Shown: piece after piece, positions 9,382-17,726 of the stretch
Position numbering within the stretch: position 1 is the stretch's first letter
Layout: each line of letters begins with the position of its first letter
Source: Armatimonadota bacterium
GTDB lineage: Bacteria > Armatimonadota > HRBIN16
Direction: 5' to 3'
Length of the DNA: 64,000 nt
Assembly: GCA_026003195.1 (NCBI GenBank)
Contig: BPGU01000003.1
Span: forward strand, 472,763 to 536,762
Notes under the pieces: model-generated
Told to the model about the DNA's origin: nothing
Seen by the model: the letters and a program-made list of their open reading frames with translations, nothing else
Databases searched by the model: none
Translations under genes and position numbers: made by a program

Positions 9382-10805
9382 GAGGGTGTATCCTTCGTAC
9401 GGGGATTCATGTCCAGCTTCTGCATGGCGATCACGCGGGGCACCGCCTCCTCTATCAGTTGCTGGTAGCGTTTCAGAAACTCTTGCAGAGAGATGCGCCC
9501 CTCCATGTACCTCTGCGCCCACACCGTCCACTGCCATATTGATTCCTGCTCGTCCATCAGCCCACGAAAAGAGAGCTTTTCGAACCCTCTGCCCTCAAAG
9601 GGACGATAGTACCGCTGCAGTTCGGGGGGCATTTGCACGTCGGGGATAAGCATCGGACCGCTGAGGGTGCGACGGTGTCGCACGGCTTCATCCACCAGAA
9701 TCTGTGCGCCTTGTGGGCTGGTCAGGAACATCAGGAAATCTATCACGCGCCTCGTCTGCTGGGGGTTCTTCTTCACCACGCCCAGTACCAGCCCCGGTCC
9801 GCCCACCCCCCGAAACGGCGGTATCTTGAAGCGTGAGGTGATCAACGGTGGCACGGCGAAAATCCCCCACTCGAAACGCGCCCGAGGCGGCAGGTCCGCC
9901 ATGTCTTGCATCAGGTCGCCGATGAGCCACGAGCCTTCCAGCAGAATCGCCGCCCGCCCCGTCAGGAACAGGTTGTACGCGGTCACCGAGTTCGCGCCAT
10001 GAAAGCCACGTTGCCAATAGCGCGAAAAGTTGTGGATATGCGTATACAGCTCAGCGAAGCGTTCACCGTCAAAACGGATGAGTCGTCGACGCACCGCGTC
10101 TAGCAGCCGTTCGCCGTTGATGATGACCAGCGAGTCGTTATAAGGGTCGTTCAGGTTCAGGCGGAAGTGGGCGTTGCGCGTGGGGTCATAGTCCCAATCG
10201 CCCGGGCGCGACATCACCAGAGGAACCCACTGGCGCGTGTAGGCATCGGTAAAGAAGCGCACAATCCAGCCGACCGTGCCTGACCAGTAGGAATCGGCGT
10301 TGCCGGGCACAGCGAAGGGCAGGTAGCCTGCGGCGCGAATACGCTCCGCCAGAGCCAGCATCTGCTCCCAGGTGCGCGGAGGCTGTAAGCCCAGCTTGCG
10401 GAAAAGAGTCGCGTTGTAATAAAAACCAATCTCTACGAAGTCTACGGTAACGAACGAGACGCCGCCTGCGGTCTTAAACTTCTCGATGAACTGGGGGTTG
10501 AGCGTTTCTATCCACGCCTTGCCCGTATAGGGGTTGTGCTGGTTCAGGTAGGGGGCAAGGTTCACCAGCAAGCCTTTCTCATACATGCCCCAGGCATAGT
10601 TGGCGTTGAACAGGTCGGGCGCACGGTCTCCCGCTCCGGGAATCTGGGTGCGCAGCCACGTCTCATAGCCGTTCACGGGCATCACCTGCACCTTCACCTG
10701 CACGCCAGGGTGGGCACGTTCATACTCCCGCGCCAGCCGATAAAACCCCTCCCGGTAGTTGCCGCTCACGGTGGCGAGAAACAGGGTTGCCGCCTGTTGG
10801 GGCAT
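9378..10805 (-). CDS. ABC transporter extracellular solute-binding protein (family 1, sugar-binding)
   Basis: About 475 aa with typical SBP_bac_1 features and a Trp/Tyr-rich sugar-binding fold. Start assigned to the ATG at 10803-10805 with an upstream GGAGG. No obvious signal peptide at this start, so the true start may be an upstream alternative. Confidence 0.75.
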   Translation of the reverse strand: MPQQAATLFLATVSGNYREGFYRLAREYERAHPGVQVKVQVMPVNGYETWLRTQIPGAGDRAPDLFNANYAWGMYEKGLLVNLAPYLNQHNPYTGKAWIETLNPQFIEKFKTAGGVSFVTVDFVEIGFYYNATLFRKLGLQPPRTWEQMLALAERIRAAGYLPFAVPGNADSYWSGTVGWIVRFFTDAYTRQWVPLVMSRPGDWDYDPTRNAHFRLNLNDPYNDSLVIINGERLLDAVRRRLIRFDGERFAELYTHIHNFSRYWQRGFHGANSVTAYNLFLTGRAAILLEGSWLIGDLMQDMADLPPRARFEWGIFAVPPLITSRFKIPPFRGVGGPGLVLGVVKKNPQQTRRVIDFLMFLTSPQGAQILVDEAVRHRRTLSGPMLIPDVQMPPELQRYYRPFEGRGFEKLSFRGLMDEQESIWQWTVWAQRYMEGRISLQEFLKRYQQLIEEAVPRVIAMQKLDMNPRTKDTPS

Positions 10806-10959
10806 ATTTACGATTCCTCCTGCATGGTATAAGTTATCGGCTGGCAAGAAGGACTCCTGTGCGGGGAGGGTCTCTCGCGTGTTTCCCAGAGGAACGTCTC
10901 GCAGGATGGAGGAATCTGTAACAGAACGCCTTGCCTGAAGTAGAAAAACGGAGAGTGTC

Positions 10960-12195
10960 ATGAAGTCGGTGCACAGCATGGAATGGCATCCAGACCGTTC
11001 CTCCACGCAGAGGGAGACCCGCGCCCTGGGGGTAGTGTCTACGCCTCGTGACCTGGTAGAGTTCATGGTGCGCCTAGCTCAACCTTCGCGGAGGAGGTGT
11101 CGGGTGCTGGAGCCTGCCTGCGCCGAAGCGCCCTTCCTGGCTTCATTTGCCCAGCATTACGGTCGCGAACACGAGCTGGTCGGCGTAGAGATCGCCCCTG
11201 AACGCCTGCAACGCGCCCGTATGAGCTTACCTCAGGCTCACTTCATAGAGGCGGACTTTCTGCTGTGGGAACCTGTTGCACCGTTTGACATCGTTCTCGG
11301 CAACCCTCCGTACGGCATCATCGGCAACGCCTCGCACTATCCCCTTTATCCGTTGAAAGAGCGCAAAAGGCTCTATCGCCAGCGTTCAAGCACCTGGCAC
11401 GGCAAGTTCAACATCTACGGCGCGTTTATCGAACGGGCGGTGAACCTGCTAGCTGCAGGGGGCAAGCTGGTGTTTGTGGTTCCAGCCAGCTGGCTGGTGC
11501 TGGACGATTTTCATCGGCTGCGCCGATACCTGGCACAGTCGGGCCAATTGCACGTGTACTATCTCGGCAGGGTCTTTCCAAAGCGCAACGTGAGCGCGGT
11601 GGTGCTGATGCTGGAAAAGGGCGGGCAGGGGTTACTGCTCTACGATGGCATAGACGATGTGAAAGTGGCGCTGCCGAAGTATGGCGGTGAAATGATTCGG
11701 TTCGAAACGGACGAATGGCTGCGCTTTGAGCGGGAAGGCGTAGCGTTGGGAGACCTTTTTGATATCCGCTTCGCTGCACGTAGTACCGAAGTGCGCGCGC
11801 ATCCAGCAGTGGCTCTGGAGAAACGCGAGGGATATGTGCCCATTCTCACCGGGCGCAACCTGCACGCAGGCTGGATAGACTACGACACCTGTTACTCCGG
11901 ACTATGGATGCCCCACGAGCGGGTGGTGGAGCTGCGCACGTTCTATGGTTTTCCGCATCTGGTGGTAGCGCACACGAAAGGCGCGCGAGTGGTTTGTGCG
12001 TACGACGAGCGCTGTTACCCGTGGCGCGAGGAGTTTCATCTGGTGCCGAAGGCAGGAGGCTTAGACCTGCCCTCCATCAGGGAACATCTGAACAGTGAGC
12101 CTGTCCAGCGTTACGTGAGGCAACTCTATCGGGATTTCGTGCCCCACCTGACGGCTTCGATGCTGAGGCGGATACCTGTGCCCTGCGGATTCTGA
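10960..12195 (+). CDS. gamma-class N6-adenine DNA methyltransferase, close homologue of M.TaqI (TCGA-specific family); apparently solitary
   Basis: VLEPACAEAPFL (motif I), LGNPPYGIIG (motif IV, NPPY), and long collinear similarity to M.TaqI as I recall it: ...STWHGKFNIYGAFIERAVNLLAAGGKLVFVVPASWLVLDDF...YYLGRVFP...VSAVV...IRFETDE...LGDLFDIRFAARSTE...HPAV...VPILTGRNL..GW.DY....SGLWMP.ER..ELR.FY..PHLVVAHTKG.RVV.A.DER.YPWREEFHL.PK...LD......LNSE..Q..VR.LYRDFVPHLT..ML.R.PV. No endonuclease gene is adjacent. Confidence 0.85.
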   Translation: MKSVHSMEWHPDRSSTQRETRALGVVSTPRDLVEFMVRLAQPSRRRCRVLEPACAEAPFLASFAQHYGREHELVGVEIAPERLQRARMSLPQAHFIEADFLLWEPVAPFDIVLGNPPYGIIGNASHYPLYPLKERKRLYRQRSSTWHGKFNIYGAFIERAVNLLAAGGKLVFVVPASWLVLDDFHRLRRYLAQSGQLHVYYLGRVFPKRNVSAVVLMLEKGGQGLLLYDGIDDVKVALPKYGGEMIRFETDEWLRFEREGVALGDLFDIRFAARSTEVRAHPAVALEKREGYVPILTGRNLHAGWIDYDTCYSGLWMPHERVVELRTFYGFPHLVVAHTKGARVVCAYDERCYPWREEFHLVPKAGGLDLPSIREHLNSEPVQRYVRQLYRDFVPHLTASMLRRIPVPCGF

Positions 12196-12407
12196 GATGG
12201 TTCCGGTCCCTATATGGGTTTCTGCAATCGCTATGATTGCAAAAATCGCCTTATGCCCTTTTCAAATGGGAGAAGTTGGTGTACTATATTGACTGGGTGA
12301 AGCGAGTGAGACACCACAACGTGTAACATCAGGCAAGTCAGGCGTTACGCCTTGCAGATATAGTTGTGGTGTACGACCGACAACGCTACACAGAAAGGGT
12401 CACGACG

Positions 12408-15400
12408 ATGAAACGTTCCTATATCACCTTAGACGGCAACGAGGCAGCGGCATATACCGCTTACCGTACCAACGAAGTGATAGCCATCTACCCTATCACC
12501 CCCTCCTCCCCCATGGGCGAGTTCAGCGATGAATGGTCAGCCAAAGGCATTCCCAACATCTGGGGTACTGTTCCTCAGGTGGTGGAGATGCAGTCGGAGG
12601 GGGGAGCCGCAGGAGCCGTGCATGGCTCTCTGCAGGCAGGAGCCCTCACCACCACTTTCACCTCCAGTCAGGGGCTCCTGCTGATGATACCCAACATGTT
12701 CAAAATCGCCGGTGAGCTCACCAGCACGGTGTTCCATATCGCCGCGCGAACGGTAGCCACGCACGCCCTCTCCATCTTCGGCGACCACAGCGACGTGATG
12801 GCGTGCCGTTCCACAGGCTGGGCGATGCTGTTCTCCAATGACCCGCAGGAAGTGATGGACATGGCGCTCATTGCGCAGGCTGCGACGCTGGAGGCGCGGG
12901 TGCCCTTCCTGCATGTGTTTGACGGTTTTCGCACCTCCCATGAGGTGCGCAAGATCGAACTGCTCACGGAAGACGATATGCGCGCGATGATAGACAACGA
13001 GCTGGTGCGCGCCCACCGTGAACGAGCGTTGACTCCCGACCGCCCGATTTTGCGTGGCACCGCCCAGAACCCCGATACCTTCTTCCAGTCGCGCGAGCGC
13101 ATTAACCCCTTCTACATGGCGACGCCGGGCATCGTGGAGAAGACGATGCGCAAGTTCGCCAGCATCGTCGGCAGGGAGTATCATCTCTTCGAGTACATCG
13201 GTGCCCCCGACGCCGAGTACGTCATCATCCTGATGGGCTCGGGCTGTGGCACCGTGGAAGAGACGGTGCGCGTGCTGATGGAGAAAGGCGAAAAGGTAGG
13301 TTTCATCAAGGTGCGCCTGTATCGCCCGTTCTCGCGCGAACACTTGCTGAAGGCGCTGCCAGTGACGGTCAGAGCGATTGCTGTGCTGGACCGCACTAAG
13401 GAACCGGGCGCACTGGGAGAGCCGCTCTATCAGGACGTGGTCACCGCACTGGGCGAGGCGATGATGGAAGGAACCCTGCCGTTCGAGCGGGCACCTCGTG
13501 TGATTGGCGGACGCTACGGGCTGTCCTCCAAAGAGTTCACACCGGCAATGGTCAAGGCGGTGTACGACGAACTGGCAAAAGACAACCCCAAAAACCACTT
13601 CACCGTGGGCATCGTAGACGATGTAACCCATACCAGCCTGGAGGTAGACCCCCACTTCAACACCGAGTCGCCTGACGTGGTACGTGCGGTGTTCTGGGGT
13701 CTGGGCGCGGACGGCACCGTCGGCGCAAATAAAAACTCCATTAAAATCATCGGTGAGGAGACACCCAACTGGGCGCAGGGTTACTTTGTGTACGACTCTA
13801 AGAAGTCGGGAGCAGTGACCGTTTCTCACCTGCGCTTCGGTCCGCGCCCCATCCTAGGCACGTACCTGATCCAGCGGGCGAATTTCGTCGCGTGTCACCA
13901 GTTCCACTTCCTAGAGCGCTACAACGTGCTGGAGATGGCGGAGGAGGGCGCGACTTTCCTGCTCAACAGCCCGTATGGTCCTGAAGAGGTGTGGGACCAT
14001 CTGCCCCGCTCGGTGCAGCAGCAGATTATTGACAAAAAACTGAAGTTTTACGTCATCAACGCCTACGACGTCGCGAAGCACGTGGGGCTGGGCGTGCGCA
14101 TCAATACCATCATGCAGACCTGCTTCTTCGCCATCAGCGGCGTGCTTCCGCGCGAGGAAGCCATCGAAAAGATTAAGGAAGCCATTCGCAAGACCTACGG
14201 GCGACGCGGAGAAGCGGTGGTGCAGCAGAACTTCGCAGCCGTAGACGCCGCGCTGGACAACCTGTTCGAGGTCCAGGTGCCTGCTCAGGTGACCAGCACC
14301 TTCGACCGCCCGCCGGTGGTTCCCGACCACGCTCCAGAGTTCGTGAAGCGTCTGACGGCGCAGCTGATGGCAGGACGAGGAGACCTGCTGCCGGTGAGCG
14401 CATTTCCGGTGGACGGCACGTATCCCACCGGCACCGCCGCATGGGAGAAGCGCAACATCGCACTGGAAGTGCCTGTGTGGGAGCCGGACCTGTGCATCCA
14501 GTGCGGCAAGTGCGTGTACATCTGCCCGCACGCCACCATCCGCGCGAAGGTATACGACAAGGAACTGCTGGCCAACGCCCCGGCAACCTTCAAGACAACA
14601 CCCGCCAAATGGCGCGAGTTGCCCGACAAAATGTTCACCATTCAGGTGGCGGTGGAAGACTGTACGGGATGCCAGCTGTGCGTAGAGGTCTGTCCGGCAA
14701 AGGACAAGAGCGACAGTTCGCGCAAGGCACTGAATATGCGCCCGCAAATCCCCCTGCGGGAGCAGGAGCGGGTCAACTGGGAGTTCTTCCTGAGTCTGCC
14801 GGACGTGCCCAAGCACGACAGCCTGCGCTTCAATAATATCAAAAACGTGCAGCTGCTGCGACCACTGTTCGAGTTCTCCGGAGCATGTTCCGGCTGCGGT
14901 GAAACCCCGTACGTGCGACTGCTCACCCAGCTGTTCGGCGATCGGCTGTACATTGCGAACGCAACGGGTTGTTCCAGCATCTACGGAGGCAACCTGCCCA
15001 CCACGCCCTACACGACGGATAGCGAAGGCAGAGGTCCCACCTGGAGCAACTCGCTGTTTGAGGATAATGCCGAATTTGGTCTGGGGATGCGGCTCGCTAT
15101 CAATCGCCAGAATGCCTATGCTCGCCAGCTGCTTCAGGAGCTGCGTCCGCTCATCGCCGATGACGAACTGGTGGATGGTCTGCTGAACGCCGACCAGTCG
15201 AATGAGGCAGGTGTTCAGGCGCAACGCGAGCGCGTGGCGAAGCTGAAGCAGAAACTGGCAGGTAAGAGTGAGCCCAAAGTGCGCGACCTGCTCGCCGTCG
15301 CCGATATGCTGGTGCGTAAGAGCGTCTGGATTATTGGGGGCGACGGCTGGGCATACGACATCGATTACGGTGGGCTGGACCACGTTATCGCCAGCGGTGA

Positions 15401-15977
15401 GGATGTGAACATTCTTATCCTCGATACCGAAGTGTACTCCAACACGGGTGGGCAGGCTTCTAAAGCCACTCCAATGGGTGCGGTCGCTCGCTTTGCGGCA
15501 GGTGGCAAGCCCACCGCCAAGAAAGACCTGGGCATGATGGCGATGCACTATGGCAACGTCTACATCGCCCAGGTGGCAATGGGCGCGAACGAGCTGCAGA
15601 CGCTGAAGGCTTTCCTGGAGGCGGAAGCGTACCCCGGTCCCTCCATCATTATTGCCTACAGCCACTGCATCGCGCACGGCATCGACATGTCCAAAGGACA
15701 CATCCAGCAGAAGCTGGCGGTCGATTCCGGTTACTGGCCGCTCTATCGCTACAACCCCATGCTGGCGGAGCAGGGTGAGAACCCCTTCCAGCTCGATTCG
15801 AGCGGACCGACCGTCCCCTTCAAGGAGTACGCCTCCAAGGAAGGGCGTTACCGCATCCTGATGCAAGCCAATCCCGAAGCGGCGGAGCAGTTGCTGCAAC
15901 AAGCACAGCAGGTAATCGAGGAGCGGTGGCGCTACTACCGGATGCTGGCGGGCAAAAACCCCGACGGTGCAAAGTAG
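12408..15977 (+). CDS. nifJ: pyruvate:ferredoxin (flavodoxin) oxidoreductase, single-polypeptide PFOR (NifJ/YdbK type)
   Basis: Hallmark PFOR blocks: DGNEAAAYTAYRTNEVIAIYPITPSS, GGAAGAVHGSLQAGALTTTFTSSQGLLLMIPNM, two 4Fe-4S Cys clusters (CIQCGKCVYICPH, CTGCQLCVEVCP), the TPP motif GGDGWAYDIDYGGLDH and SNTGGQ. ATG at 12408 chosen over the GTG at 12366. Confidence 0.95.
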   Translation: MKRSYITLDGNEAAAYTAYRTNEVIAIYPITPSSPMGEFSDEWSAKGIPNIWGTVPQVVEMQSEGGAAGAVHGSLQAGALTTTFTSSQGLLLMIPNMFKIAGELTSTVFHIAARTVATHALSIFGDHSDVMACRSTGWAMLFSNDPQEVMDMALIAQAATLEARVPFLHVFDGFRTSHEVRKIELLTEDDMRAMIDNELVRAHRERALTPDRPILRGTAQNPDTFFQSRERINPFYMATPGIVEKTMRKFASIVGREYHLFEYIGAPDAEYVIILMGSGCGTVEETVRVLMEKGEKVGFIKVRLYRPFSREHLLKALPVTVRAIAVLDRTKEPGALGEPLYQDVVTALGEAMMEGTLPFERAPRVIGGRYGLSSKEFTPAMVKAVYDELAKDNPKNHFTVGIVDDVTHTSLEVDPHFNTESPDVVRAVFWGLGADGTVGANKNSIKIIGEETPNWAQGYFVYDSKKSGAVTVSHLRFGPRPILGTYLIQRANFVACHQFHFLERYNVLEMAEEGATFLLNSPYGPEEVWDHLPRSVQQQIIDKKLKFYVINAYDVAKHVGLGVRINTIMQTCFFAISGVLPREEAIEKIKEAIRKTYGRRGEAVVQQNFAAVDAALDNLFEVQVPAQVTSTFDRPPVVPDHAPEFVKRLTAQLMAGRGDLLPVSAFPVDGTYPTGTAAWEKRNIALEVPVWEPDLCIQCGKCVYICPHATIRAKVYDKELLANAPATFKTTPAKWRELPDKMFTIQVAVEDCTGCQLCVEVCPAKDKSDSSRKALNMRPQIPLREQERVNWEFFLSLPDVPKHDSLRFNNIKNVQLLRPLFEFSGACSGCGETPYVRLLTQLFGDRLYIANATGCSSIYGGNLPTTPYTTDSEGRGPTWSNSLFEDNAEFGLGMRLAINRQNAYARQLLQELRPLIADDELVDGLLNADQSNEAGVQAQRERVAKLKQKLAGKSEPKVRDLLAVADMLVRKSVWIIGGDGWAYDIDYGGLDHVIASGEDVNILILDTEVYSNTGGQASKATPMGAVARFAAGGKPTAKKDLGMMAMHYGNVYIAQVAMGANELQTLKAFLEAEAYPGPSIIIAYSHCIAHGIDMSKGHIQQKLAVDSGYWPLYRYNPMLAEQGENPFQLDSSGPTVPFKEYASKEGRYRILMQANPEAAEQLLQQAQQVIEERWRYYRMLAGKNPDGAK

Positions 15978-16052
15978 TCGGGCTGGGGGTTGGCACGCGC
16001 CAACCCCCCTTCCCATCTGTCAAGGAATCGCAACTCAGGAGGACTGCAGACA

Positions 16053-17051
16053 ATGGATTTGAGTACCACATACATGGGTTTGAAATTGCGCAACCCGCTG
16101 GTTGCCTCTTCCTCGCCCCTGTCGCACAAGGTGGAAGGTATCTGCCAGCTGGAGGAGGCGGGTATTGGCGCAGTGGTGATGTATTCGCTGTTCGAGGAGC
16201 AAATCACCCTCGAGAGCCAGCAACTGGATTACTTCCTCACGCATGGCACCGAGAGTTATGCTGAAGCGCTCAGCTACTTTCCGGACCTGGGCGAGTATAA
16301 CGTGGGACCGGATGAATATCTCCGTCTCATCCGCAACGCCAAGGAGAAAGTGGGCATTCCCCTCATTGGCAGTCTGAATGGCGTCTCTGCGGGGGGGTGG
16401 GTGCACTACGCGAAGCTGATAGAGCAAGCCGGTGCGGATGCGCTGGAGCTGAATGTGTACTATCTGCCCACCGATCCCGACCTGACCGGTAGCGCCGTGG
16501 AAGAGATGACGGTCGAAGTGGTGCAGGCAGTGCGCAAGGAGGTCACCATCCCGCTGGCGGTAAAGATAAGCCCCTTCTTCAGCTCCATTCCCCACATGGC
16601 GAAGAGATTGGCGGAGGCGGGCGCGAACGCTCTGGTGTTGTTCAACCGTTTCTACCAGCCCGACATCGATATCGAGAATCTGGAGGTCAAGCCTCATCTG
16701 GTGCTCAGCGACTCGGATGAGCTGCGCTTGCCCTTGCGCTGGACAGCTATCCTGCATGGGCGCGTGCCTCTGGACCTCGCCATCACCACAGGAGTCCATA
16801 CCCACCGTGACGTGTTAAAGGGGCTGATGGCGGGTGCGAAGGTGACCATGATGGCTTCGGAGCTGCTGCAGAACGGTTTGGGGCGCATCGGGCAGATACT
16901 GCAGGAGATGCAGGCATGGATGGAAGAGTACGAATATTCCTCCGTGCAGCAGATGATTGGCAGCGTCAGCCAGAAGAACGTGGCGGAACCTGCCGCGTTT
17001 GAGCGTGCCAACTACATGAAGGTGCTCGATTCGTATCCTCGTCTCATATAA
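16053..17051 (+). CDS. dihydroorotate dehydrogenase-like flavoprotein (class 1 DHODH / dihydropyrimidine-dehydrogenase PreA-like TIM barrel)
   Basis: [23 protein letters not shown]...[13 protein letters not shown]...ELNVYY...PLAVKISP...ALVLFNRFY is the DHO_dh family pattern. AGGAGG RBS 10 nt upstream of ATG 16053. Confidence 0.7.
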   Translation: MDLSTTYMGLKLRNPLVASSSPLSHKVEGICQLEEAGIGAVVMYSLFEEQITLESQQLDYFLTHGTESYAEALSYFPDLGEYNVGPDEYLRLIRNAKEKVGIPLIGSLNGVSAGGWVHYAKLIEQAGADALELNVYYLPTDPDLTGSAVEEMTVEVVQAVRKEVTIPLAVKISPFFSSIPHMAKRLAEAGANALVLFNRFYQPDIDIENLEVKPHLVLSDSDELRLPLRWTAILHGRVPLDLAITTGVHTHRDVLKGLMAGAKVTMMASELLQNGLGRIGQILQEMQAWMEEYEYSSVQQMIGSVSQKNVAEPAAFERANYMKVLDSYPRLI

Positions 17052-17053
17052 GC

Positions 17054-17087
17054 ATTCGCGGGAGCACACCACTGTGCCCCCGCGAAT
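17054..17087. terminator. bidirectional hairpin terminator between the convergent DHOD-like gene and flgM
   Basis: ATTCGCGGG ... CCCGCGAAT outer stem with a nested GCACA/TGTGC inner stem. Confidence 0.35.
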
Positions 17088-17141
17088 CAGGCTCCTGATC
17101 CGAAAATGGTTCGCCCGTGTCTCTGTAGTCCGGGAGGCAGA

Positions 17142-17459
17142 CTACCGCACGTTGTCGGCGATGGTGCGCCGAACGATAAGGTCCGCGATCTCCGCAGAAG
17201 AGACGTGATACTCGCCCGCTTCAATCTTGCGGCGGAGCTCCTGTACCATCTCCTCGCGTACCTCCGGGATTTCGTCCAGAAGGAACTTAATTTGCCGGAT
17301 TTCCTGGGCGCGAGGCGATAGCTCCACCGAAGCGGCGGGGGAAACGTCCCTTTGAGCGTCGACCGGCGGAGGGGCAGGCAACACTGCCGCACCCACCCTG
17401 CCCGTGCGGCTGAACTGCAACACCCGGCTGTACTCGTCCAGCGATATTTTCATGACCAT
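17142..17459 (-). CDS. flgM: anti-sigma-28 factor FlgM
   Basis: 105 aa. The C-terminus EEMVQELRRKIEAGEYHVSSAEIADLIVRRTIADN matches the conserved FlgM helix region. GGAGG RBS. Confidence 0.75.
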   Translation of the reverse strand: MVMKISLDEYSRVLQFSRTGRVGAAVLPAPPPVDAQRDVSPAASVELSPRAQEIRQIKFLLDEIPEVREEMVQELRRKIEAGEYHVSSAEIADLIVRRTIADNVR

Positions 17460-17625
17460 CCTGCCTCCTTCGACGACGCCCCTGCGAAGATGCGTCGTGT
17501 CGTTCGGCAGAACTTCGGCAGCCGGGCGATCATATCCCGACCCTCGTCGGGACTTAGACCCCTATGGCTTTGCGTCCCCACATTTCTGTGGGTTTGCCTT
17601 TATCGGATCCGCCTGTCAATCTCTA

Positions 17626-17653
17626 TTATTGGCAAATCTGCGCAGGAACTTTA
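17626..17653 (-). promoter_or_regulatory. sigma28 (FliA)-like promoter upstream of flgM
   Basis: On the minus strand: TAAAGTTC-N12-GCCAATAA, versus the consensus TAAAGTTT-N11-GCCGATAA. About 165 nt upstream of the flgM ATG. Confidence 0.35.
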
Positions 17654-17726
17654 GGGTTGAAACGGTTTCTTTTCAAAAATTCCCACCTGCAGTATAGCAA
17701 AAAAGGCGCAGAGGTTGCAAGCTGCT

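Noticed and set aside
10806-11066. Longer N-terminal extension of the ABC substrate-binding protein (ORF track start 11066)
   Set aside because: The extension would overlap the start of the divergent MTase gene and contains no signal peptide. The ATG at 10805 has a good RBS. The true start remains uncertain.
12366-12407. Upstream GTG start for the PFOR ORF (MVYDRQRYTERVTT...)
   Set aside because: A conserved PFOR N-terminus begins at MKRSYITLDG (ATG 12408). The extension has no homology and would overlap the structured leader.
13911-16016. 701-aa ORF antisense to PFOR. Similar long antisense ORFs occur at 5280-6341, 36384-38294, 51330-52460, 60197-62020, 61858-63489, 2497-3303 and elsewhere.
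   Set aside because: They are Arg/Ala/Val/Gly-rich with low-complexity composition typical of the non-coding strand of high-GC genes. Each lies opposite an ORF with unmistakable conserved motifs.
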